From positions 29,264-93,263 of the forward strand of contig JBMFSH010000005.1 in the NCBI GenBank assembly GCA_049967655.1: DNA of 64,000 nt, given 5' to 3'. The number at the start of each line of letters is the position of its first letter. Within the stretch, counting starts at the first letter, position 1. Below are positions 56,952 to 64,000 of the stretch, piece by piece. A program made the position numbers and the translations under genes. The notes beneath the pieces were generated by a model. It worked only from the letters and a program-made list of their open reading frames with translations. It was not told the origin of the DNA and ran no database searches. The DNA is from Acidobacteriota bacterium (GTDB taxonomy: Bacteria; Acidobacteriota; UBA4820; DSQY01).

Positions 56952-57632
56952 ATGCGGAAGGCTTTCCTGAGCGCCTTGGCGCTGGGCGTGTTCCTGATCT
57001 TGATTCCATCGCGTCTCAACGGCATTCCCGTTCTGGACACCGTGGTGGATTCCTTCTCCAGCTCACGGGAGTTCTATTCCGCCTGGAGGATCAAGAAGTG
57101 GACCGGGCAGGTGGACCTATCCTTCCTTCAGAATGCAGACAACCCATACCTGCAGTTGGTCTGTCCGAGCTCCTCGTGGGCTTTCGTGAGGAAGGTGAAC
57201 GTCAATATTCACAATACCCCCATCCTCACTTGGAGCTGGAGGGTGGAGGCGCTGCCCAAGGGGGGAGATGGTCGCTTCCGATCCACGGATGACGAAGCGG
57301 CCCAGGTTTACGTCGTCTTCCCGGGCTCCGGACTTTTCAGCTTCGGCGCCTGGAGCAGCCGCATCCTCGGCTACACGTGGGAGACGCTCCCCGCGCCCGG
57401 CACCTTCTATCACTCTCCAAGGCCCGCCGATACGCGGATCTTCGTTCTACGAAACCAACGGGACGGACTGAACGTCTGGAAGACCGAGAGCCGGGACGTG
57501 GTGGCCGACTTCGAACAGGCCTTCGGCGCGCCACCGCCCAACCCCAACTATTTCTGCATTCAGATCGACTCCGACGACACCCACTCCTTCGCCGAGAGCG
57601 ACTTTGGCCCCATCGAGTTCAGGGCTCGCTGA
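56952..57632 (+). CDS. DUF3047 family exported protein (start 56931-56952)
   Basis: PILTWSWRV, DDEAAQVYVVF, W..E.RD...DF, DSDDT. Confidence 0.78.
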   Translation: MRKAFLSALALGVFLILIPSRLNGIPVLDTVVDSFSSSREFYSAWRIKKWTGQVDLSFLQNADNPYLQLVCPSSSWAFVRKVNVNIHNTPILTWSWRVEALPKGGDGRFRSTDDEAAQVYVVFPGSGLFSFGAWSSRILGYTWETLPAPGTFYHSPRPADTRIFVLRNQRDGLNVWKTESRDVVADFEQAFGAPPPNPNYFCIQIDSDDTHSFAESDFGPIEFRAR

Positions 57633-57641
57633 TTTCTGACC

Positions 57642-57998
57642 ATGCGCTTCCTACTAAGGACCCTCCTACTGATGGCCTCCATGGGCGTAGTCAGCATGCT
57701 CCTGCCGGGAATCAGGTTCGATGGCCTGCTTGCTCTCTTTTTAGCGGCCCTGACGGTGGGCCTGGCCAACGCGTTGCTCCGGCCCGTGCTCATCTTTTTC
57801 ACGCTTCCGCTGGTGCTTGTGAGTCTGGGCCTCTTCATCATCGTGATCAATGCGGGTCTGCTCTACCTGGCCGCGTGGATCGTTCCCGGCTTTCACCTGG
57901 CGGGATTCGGTTGGGCGCTCGGCGCGGCCGTCCTGATTTCCCTGGTCTCCTTCGTGCTGAACCGGCTGGTGCTGGGGCCCGATGGACTCAGGAGATAG
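57642..57998 (+). CDS. YvlD-like 4-TM membrane protein (phage holin family 4)
   Basis: NALLRPVL..TLP..LGLF..VINA. Confidence 0.83.
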   Translation: MRFLLRTLLLMASMGVVSMLLPGIRFDGLLALFLAALTVGLANALLRPVLIFFTLPLVLVSLGLFIIVINAGLLYLAAWIVPGFHLAGFGWALGAAVLISLVSFVLNRLVLGPDGLRR

Positions 57999-58019
57999 CG
58001 GCTCTTCGGCGGCGTTGCC

Positions 58020-58916
58020 TCAGGGTTCCAGATTCGCGCTTTTCTGCTGGCGCTTCCAGACGGAGAAGGCCGAGGGGCGCTTGAAACGGCCGATGACGTC
58101 CGAGGCCTCGAGAACCGTGACGAAAGCCGAAGGATCTTCCGAGCGGATGATGTCGCGTAGCTCTCTGAGTTCAAATCGGGTCACGACGCAGAGCAGGACG
58201 TTGCTGGTGCTGCCCGTATAGGCTCCTTCCGCCTTCAGGAGGGTGACTCCGCGGCCCATCTGAAGGAGCAGCCGCTCCTTGATGCTGAGGTATTCGCGCG
58301 AGACGATCAGTACAGCCTTGCGCGGCCTGGGCGATTGGATGGCGTCCAGGGTGCGGCTCGACACGTAAATGGCCACCAGGGTGTACATGGCCCGTTCGGG
58401 GTTCTCGATGAGGCTCGCGGCAAGGACAATCAGGCCATTGAGGATCATGCCGGCCTCTCCGATGCCGAGGCTGAACCTGCGGTTGAGCACGAGGCCCAGG
58501 ATGTCGAATCCCGCGAGCGACCCTCCCGAACGGATGGCCAGGGCGCTCGCGAGTCCGCCGAAGAGGCCTCCGAAGATGGCGCCCAGCATCGGATCTCGCG
58601 TGAGGATGGGGAAGGGAACGTGATCCGCGAGCAGCCAGAAGAGCACCACCGCTAACCCCGAATAGACCACGAATCGCCGGCCGAGATCGCGGAATCCCAG
58701 GAGGAAGATCGGAGCGTTGAAGATCAGCACCACCAGGCCGACGGGGGTTCGAAAAACGGCGTTGAGCAAAAGGGAGAGGCCCGTGACGCCGCCGCTGAGC
58801 AGGTGGTTGGGCATGATGAAGCTTCGGACGGAAAGAACAAAGCTGAGCGTGCCGGCCACCAGCAAGAAAAATCGCCAGCCCTCCCGGGCGACCCGTAATC
58901 CCCACCGGCGTCTCAT
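58020..58916 (-). CDS. YitT family membrane protein (DUF161 + DUF2179)
   Basis: GGVTGL, NAPIF, RGVT..G.YTG, DPSAFV. Confidence 0.88.
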   Translation of the reverse strand: MRRRWGLRVAREGWRFFLLVAGTLSFVLSVRSFIMPNHLLSGGVTGLSLLLNAVFRTPVGLVVLIFNAPIFLLGFRDLGRRFVVYSGLAVVLFWLLADHVPFPILTRDPMLGAIFGGLFGGLASALAIRSGGSLAGFDILGLVLNRRFSLGIGEAGMILNGLIVLAASLIENPERAMYTLVAIYVSSRTLDAIQSPRPRKAVLIVSREYLSIKERLLLQMGRGVTLLKAEGAYTGSTSNVLLCVVTRFELRELRDIIRSEDPSAFVTVLEASDVIGRFKRPSAFSVWKRQQKSANLEP

Positions 58917-59108
58917 GCGCCCCTCTCTCCCCGCAAGCGCGTGGGCAGAGTCCTACGATAGCAGAGCCTGCCGTAGGGCGCCACGAACCGGAGCGTCATT
59001 TCCCTTCGCCTCCCTCACCTTCGTCCCTCGGCATGGACCCCCCAGGCGGGCGCGTGGTAACGTGACTCCTTCGCAAATGGGAGCCACCAACCCGAAGGGA
59101 GGTCCGGC

Positions 59109-60413
59109 ATGAACCGCGGCGACGACCACAACACGGCCTGCGTCACCAGGAACGGAGGCGTGAAGCCCTGGGCCACGGCGTGCAGCGGTTCCGTGAACCA
59201 CGAGCACCCGGCGGAGCACCCCCTCCTGCGAACCTTCTTTCAGCAGGATCGGGACCGCGTTCTCCACTCCGAGGCCTTTCGCCGCCTCGGTTATAAGACG
59301 CAGGTCTTCGTGGTCCATGAAGGGGACTTTTACCGGACGCGCCTCACCCATACGCTTGAGGTGTCACAGGTGGCCAGGGGCTTGGCCTGCGGCCTCGGGG
59401 CGAGCGAAGACCTCTGCGAGGTGATCGCCTACGCACACGATCTGGGCCATCCCCCCTTCGGCCACCGGGGCGAAGCGGCCCTGGACCGCCTCTTCGGTCG
59501 GGCCCTGGAGGAGAGATTGGGCATCGGTCGGCCCGAACAGGGAAGGGCCTTCGAACAGAACTTCCAGTCGTACCGCATCGTGAGCCGGCTGGAGCGGCGC
59601 TATCCGAAATTCCCGGGCCTGAACTTGAGCTGGCCCGCCCTCCATGGCATCCTCAAACACCACACCGCCTTTGATTCCCCGACGCTTCCCTATCCCCTTG
59701 AAGCGAGCCAGCCCAAGGAGGCCGAGCGCGTGCGGGAGTCCTACCTCACCACCGAGGGCTGTTCGGCGGAGGCGCAGATCGTCAACCTGGCCGACCAGAT
59801 CGCCTGGGTGACGCACGATCTGGAGGACGCCCTTCGGGTCCGCTTCATAACGGTGGAGGAGCTTCGCGACCTCCCCATTCCTTTGCTTCAGAGGGCGTGG
59901 GAGCGGTCCCAGGGCGGCGCGCCGGGTTGGGAGAAGGATCGGATCCTCTGGGGGCGGATCATGGTGCGCAACATGATCGATCTCCTCATCAACGATGTGC
60001 TCGCGGTCTCGGCCCAAGGCCTTTCCGCCATGAACTCCGTGGAGGAGTTGATGGCTAGACGCGAGCCCGTGGTTCACTTTTCTCCAGAGATGGCCTCGTC
60101 CGTCGGCGAACTGCGGGAGTTCCTCTACGCCCGCGTCTACACCCATCCCGTCGTGGAGCGCATGTCCGCCAAGGCGGCCGCCATCTTGGACCGGCTTTTC
60201 GAGAGCCTGACGTCGGACCTGCTGGAGAAGGGCTCCATGGCCGCCCGGCTCCTGCCCCACACCACCCGAGAGCGCCTGGATGAGGCGCCCGATGCCGTGG
60301 GCAAATTCCAGGTCGTGGTGGATTTCCTCGCGGGCATGACGGACCGCTTCGCCACCGAGTTCTACCGCGTCCTCTACGCCCCCGACGAGAGGGGGATCAC
60401 GAGCCTTTACTGA
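59109..60413 (+). CDS. dgt: dGTP triphosphohydrolase
   Basis: DRDRVLHSEAFRRL..KTQV, RTRLTHTLEV, HDLGHPPFGH, AGMTD. Confidence 0.92.
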   Translation: MNRGDDHNTACVTRNGGVKPWATACSGSVNHEHPAEHPLLRTFFQQDRDRVLHSEAFRRLGYKTQVFVVHEGDFYRTRLTHTLEVSQVARGLACGLGASEDLCEVIAYAHDLGHPPFGHRGEAALDRLFGRALEERLGIGRPEQGRAFEQNFQSYRIVSRLERRYPKFPGLNLSWPALHGILKHHTAFDSPTLPYPLEASQPKEAERVRESYLTTEGCSAEAQIVNLADQIAWVTHDLEDALRVRFITVEELRDLPIPLLQRAWERSQGGAPGWEKDRILWGRIMVRNMIDLLINDVLAVSAQGLSAMNSVEELMARREPVVHFSPEMASSVGELREFLYARVYTHPVVERMSAKAAAILDRLFESLTSDLLEKGSMAARLLPHTTRERLDEAPDAVGKFQVVVDFLAGMTDRFATEFYRVLYAPDERGITSLY

Positions 60414-60478
60414 TGGCAGGCCCCATCAAGACTCGGCCAAGGAGGGCAGGGGTCGAATGTCCGGCCCCCGCTCAGCAC

Positions 60479-60507
60479 TTGACCCGAGGGCCCGTTTTCC
60501 CTATACT
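60479..60507 (+). promoter_or_regulatory. sigma70 promoter of tRNA-Ala
   Basis: TTGACC-N17-TATACT, 11 bp before the tRNA. Confidence 0.8.
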
Positions 60508-60518
60508 AAAGGCTCGGT

Positions 60519-60594
60519 GGGGCTATGGCGCAGCTGGGAGCGCGCTTGAATGGCATTCAAGAGGTCGGGGGTTCGATCCCCCCTAGCTCCACCA
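60519..60594 (+). tRNA. tRNA-Ala(GGC)
   Basis: 76 nt cloverleaf GGGGCTA...TAGCTCCACCA, G3:U70, anticodon arm CTTGA-ATGGCAT-TCAAG. Confidence 0.97.
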
Positions 60595-60643
60595 AAAAAA
60601 ATGACGCGCTGCCCCGCAACGTGAGGCGGGGAGCTGGGAATCG

Positions 60644-60680
60644 GGGTGCCGGGACGTAGGTTCCGGCGCCCTTTTCATTT
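60644..60680 (+). terminator. Rho-independent terminator after tRNA-Ala
   Basis: GGGTGCCGGGAC-GTAG-GTTCCGGCGCCC-TTTTCATTT. Confidence 0.75.
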
Positions 60681-60701
60681 CGGGCGGAAGGAAGGGGCGC
60701 G

Positions 60702-62363
60702 TTGAGCAGCGCGGGATGGATCGAGGCGGAAGGCTGGCAGGATTGGGCCCGTGAGGCCGCGGTGCGCCTCGGTGTGAGCGAGACCTTGGCCATGCTCCTG
60801 TCCCGGCGTTCGTGGGACAACGGAGATCTGGAATCCTTCCTGAGGCCGGATGACGTGCCCTGGCCCGATCCCCTGCGAATCCCGAGCATGGCCGAAGCCG
60901 CCGCCCGGATCAAGGCGGCCATAGGCGATCGCCGCGCGGTCCTCATTCACGGAGACTACGACGTGGATGGGCTCATGGGGACGGCGGTCCTGATGGGGGG
61001 ACTCAAGGCCCTGGGAGGCAAAGTGGAGGCCTTCATTCCCTCCCGCTTCGAGGGCGGGTATGGCCTCTCGGAGGCGAGCCTCGAAGCGGTGCGGCAGAGC
61101 GGCGCATCCCTGCTGGTGACCACCGACTGCGGAACGAACTCGCGAGAAATTGGCGAAGAGCTCGCCGCGAGGGGCGTGGAGGTCATCGTCACGGACCACC
61201 ATCGCCCCGCCGAGGGGCAGCAGCCCCCGGCCCTCGTGGTGAACCCTCACCTGGTGCCGGATCACCCGGACCGGAGTCTGTGCGGCACCTTCGTCGCCCT
61301 GCAGACGCTTCGGCAGGTGGCGGCCGAACTGGGGCGGGATCTTCCCTTGGAACCCTTTCTCCGCCTGACGGCCATCGCCACCGTGGCGGATCTGGTTCCC
61401 ATGTCGGCCGTCAACCGCAGGGCCTGCAAGGCCGGCTTCCGCGCCATGGAGTTCACGCCCAGCCCCGGCCTCGCCCTCCTGCTGGAAAAGGCCGGCATCA
61501 GGGAGGTCATCCGAAGCCACCACATCGCCTTCCACGTGGCTCCCAGGTTCAACGCGGCCGGTCGCATGGAGGACGCACGGCTCGTGTTGGATCTCCTCCT
61601 GGAGCGGGAACAGGTCAGGGCGGCCCACCTCATGGGGCGCCTGGAGAGCCTGAACCGCAAGCGCAAGGCCCTGCAAGCCTCGACCTACGAGGAGGCCTGC
61701 GGCCAGGTGCTGGAGGCGGCGGGAGGCCGGGTCGTCTTCGTCTTCTCCGACCAGTGGCACCGCGGCATCATCGGACCCGTGGCCGCGCGCCTGGCCGAGA
61801 CTTTCCAGCGCAGCGCCTTCGTGGTGGCCGTCGAGGGGGGGGAGGGTGTGGGCTCGGCGCGGAGCTGGAACCACGACGACGTCTGCTCGCTCCTCGATCG
61901 CGTCGGGCACCTCCTGGTGCGCTACGGCGGGCACGAGGGCGCGGCTGGTTTCACGGTCAAAGCGGAGCGCCTGGATGAGGTGGCCGGTATTCTCCGAACG
62001 CTTCCCGCTCAGGACGAGCCCTCCTCCAGGAGGGATGTCTACTACCCCATCGAGCCCGGACTGCTCTCCCAAGCCTGGGAGGCCTGGGGGGAGCTGGATC
62101 CCTTCGGGCCGGGCAACGAGGAGCCGATCCTCGGCGTCACCGGCCTTTACGCGAGGGGCCAGAGGGTCGTGGGGAACCGGCACCTGCTGTGGAGCGCGAT
62201 CCTGCCCGACGGCCAGCCGCTCAACGTGATCGCATGGGATGGAGTGCCCCGGGGCATGGAGCCATCCGCCCTCACGCCTTCCCGTATGGTCATCGGCCGT
62301 CCCGCTCCCGACTCCCGTCCGGGCGGGCTGCCCTTCTATCTGAACGTCCAAGCCATCCTCTGA
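60702..62363 (+). CDS. recJ: ssDNA exonuclease RecJ
   Basis: DYDVDG, TDCG, TDHH, ATVADLV, PRFNAAGR, GSARS, GGH..AAG. Confidence 0.92.
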   Translation: MSSAGWIEAEGWQDWAREAAVRLGVSETLAMLLSRRSWDNGDLESFLRPDDVPWPDPLRIPSMAEAAARIKAAIGDRRAVLIHGDYDVDGLMGTAVLMGGLKALGGKVEAFIPSRFEGGYGLSEASLEAVRQSGASLLVTTDCGTNSREIGEELAARGVEVIVTDHHRPAEGQQPPALVVNPHLVPDHPDRSLCGTFVALQTLRQVAAELGRDLPLEPFLRLTAIATVADLVPMSAVNRRACKAGFRAMEFTPSPGLALLLEKAGIREVIRSHHIAFHVAPRFNAAGRMEDARLVLDLLLEREQVRAAHLMGRLESLNRKRKALQASTYEEACGQVLEAAGGRVVFVFSDQWHRGIIGPVAARLAETFQRSAFVVAVEGGEGVGSARSWNHDDVCSLLDRVGHLLVRYGGHEGAAGFTVKAERLDEVAGILRTLPAQDEPSSRRDVYYPIEPGLLSQAWEAWGELDPFGPGNEEPILGVTGLYARGQRVVGNRHLLWSAILPDGQPLNVIAWDGVPRGMEPSALTPSRMVIGRPAPDSRPGGLPFYLNVQAIL

Positions 62364-62450
62364 TCTGAAGGACAGGGCAGCGAGCACCTTCCGCAGGGCG
62401 CTCGCGCGCGGTGTGGTACACTTTTCTTCGATTGATGGAGAGGTCTCACC

Positions 62451-64000
62451 ATGGCGAAATGGGTCTATTTCTTTGGAAACGGCAAGGCTGAAGGCCGCGG
62501 CGATCAAAAGGAGCTTCTCGGGGGAAAGGGCGCGGGATTGGCCGAGATGACCAACCTCGGGATCCCGGTCCCGCCGGGATTCACCATCACTACCGAGGTC
62601 TGCTCCCACTACTACGCCCACAAGGAGTCCTATCCCGCGGACCTCAGCGGCCAGGTGGCCGAGGCCCTGGCGCGCGTGGAATCCATCATGGGGCGAAAGT
62701 TCGGCGATCCCAAGAACCCGCTCCTCTTTTCGGTCCGTTCGGGCGCGCGCGCCTCCATGCCCGGCATGATGGACACGGTGCTCAATTTGGGCTTGAATGA
62801 CCGGACCGTGCAGGGGCTGGCCACGGTGACGGGAAACCCGCGCTTCGCCTGGGACTCCTACCGGCGGTTCGTGGCCATGTACGGGGACGTGGTCCTCGGC
62901 CTCAAGCCCGCCAAGAAAACCGACGACGACCCCTTCGACGTCATTCTGGAGAAGGTGAAGAAGGAGACCGGCGCCAAATTCGATACGGACCTGGGAACGG
63001 AGGAGCTGAAGCGGCTCGTCTCTCTCTTCAAGGAGGAGATCCGCAACAGGCTCGGCATCGGGTTTCCGGAGGATCCGCAGGAGCAGCTCTGGGGAGCCAT
63101 CGGAGCGGTCTTCGGGTCGTGGATGAACGACCGGGCCATCGCCTATCGCAAGATCTACAACATCCCGCACACCTGGGGAACGGCTGTGAACGTCCAGACC
63201 ATGGTCTTCGGCAACCGCGGCGAGACCTCTGGAACGGGCGTTGGCTTCACGCGCGATCCGGCGCTGGGCGAGAACCGCATGTACGGTGAGTTTCTCATGA
63301 ATGCCCAAGGTGAGGATGTGGTCGCGGGTATCCGCACTCCGCGCCCCATCGGAGAGCTCGCGGCCATTCTCCCAGAGGCGCACCGGCAGCTGGTGGAGAT
63401 CCGGGCCAAGCTCGAGGCCCACTACCGGGACATGCAAGATTTTGAGTTCACCATCGAGGAGGGGCGCCTCTGGATGCTCCAGACGCGAACGGGCAAGCGC
63501 CACCCCTTCGCGGCGGCCCGCATGGCGGTTGACATGCAGGCCGAGGGCCTGATCACCGAGAAGGAGGCCGTGCTCAGGCCGGAGGCGGACGGCATCGCCG
63601 CCTTCCTTGCCCCGATCTTCGACGCGGAGGCGAGGGCCGAGGCGGTGCGAGCAGGAAAGGTTCTGACCAAGGGGCTTCCCGCCGGGCCGGGCGGGGCTTC
63701 GGGACGCGTGGTCTTCAACGCAGCGGACGCCGAGAATTGGGCCGCTCGCGGTGAGAAGGTTCTTCTGGTGCGCAAGTTCACGAGCCCCGAAGACATCCGA
63801 GGCATGAACGCGGCGCAGGGCATCCTGACGGCGCAGGGGGGGATGACCTCCCACGCGGCCCTCGTGGCGAGGCAGATGGGCAAGGTCTGCATCGTCGGCT
63901 GCGGAGCGCTGGAGATCGATTACGAGAAGGGCGAGATGGAGGTGGCCGGCCGCATCGTCCGGGAAGGGGACTGGCTCTCGATCGACGGATTCACCGCCGA
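62451..64000 (+). CDS. ppdK: Pyruvate, phosphate dikinase (3' end beyond window; absent from ORF track)
   Basis: Translated by hand: [56 protein letters not shown]. Confidence 0.95.
   Translation, partial: MAKWVYFFGNGKAEGRGDQKELLGGKGAGLAEMTNLGIPVPPGFTITTEVCSHYYAHKESYPADLSGQVAEALARVESIMGRKFGDPKNPLLFSVRSGARASMPGMMDTVLNLGLNDRTVQGLATVTGNPRFAWDSYRRFVAMYGDVVLGLKPAKKTDDDPFDVILEKVKKETGAKFDTDLGTEELKRLVSLFKEEIRNRLGIGFPEDPQEQLWGAIGAVFGSWMNDRAIAYRKIYNIPHTWGTAVNVQTMVFGNRGETSGTGVGFTRDPALGENRMYGEFLMNAQGEDVVAGIRTPRPIGELAAILPEAHRQLVEIRAKLEAHYRDMQDFEFTIEEGRLWMLQTRTGKRHPFAAARMAVDMQAEGLITEKEAVLRPEADGIAAFLAPIFDAEARAEAVRAGKVLTKGLPAGPGGASGRVVFNAADAENWAARGEKVLLVRKFTSPEDIRGMNAAQGILTAQGGMTSHAALVARQMGKVCIVGCGALEIDYEKGEMEVAGRIVREGDWLSIDGFTA

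Noticed and set aside
57642..57998. Holin as evidence of a prophage
   Set aside because: YvlD-like proteins are common chromosomal genes and no phage genes are nearby
60519..60700. Island integrated at tRNA-Ala
   Set aside because: No duplicated 3' end or integrase; flanked by dgt and recJ
60675..63854. 1059-aa minus-strand ORF
   Set aside because: Antisense shadow of recJ and ppdK

Overview
GC-rich bacterial chromosome segment; the gene set and order suggest Acidobacteriota (inference only). Left to right: (1) a 261-bp-period direct repeat carrying a tRNA 3'-end fragment and a terminator; (2) the yceD-rpmF-plsX-fabH-fabD-fabG operon (-) and psd-pssA-Asd-like (+); (3) a ~25 kb accessory block with two modules. 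The copper module (7.5-25.5 kb) has a sigma54-driven cusC / triple metal-binding-motif protein / cusB / cusA / copA / dihaem cytochrome c / Cys-His periplasmic protein operon, a divergent His-rich sensor kinase with an NtrC-type regulator, a sigma54-driven Met/Gly-rich secreted protein, and a MNIO (DUF692)-DUF2063-DUF2784 RiPP cluster with an atypical secreted 2-Cys precursor bearing a Lys/Ala-rich tail. The nitrosative-stress module (27.4-32.7 kb) has Rrf2, hemerythrin, qNor, cupin and an octahaem HAO-family cytochrome; (4) housekeeping genes: moxR/DUF58/Bat operon, scpA, degenerate histidine kinase, mlaEFD-epimerase-ugd-trmB, YihY, Ser/Thr kinase, LpxH-like, OsmC, aminotransferase, Trx-HEAT, acyl-CoA ligase, PAP2 + GT28, DUF3047, YvlD, YitT, dgt, tRNA-Ala(GGC), recJ and the 5' part of ppdK. 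No integrase, transposase or CRISPR array was seen. The best candidate for an undescribed system is the copper-linked MNIO RiPP with its unusual precursor and its sigma54 regulon. All family assignments come from recognising motifs by eye, not from database searches.
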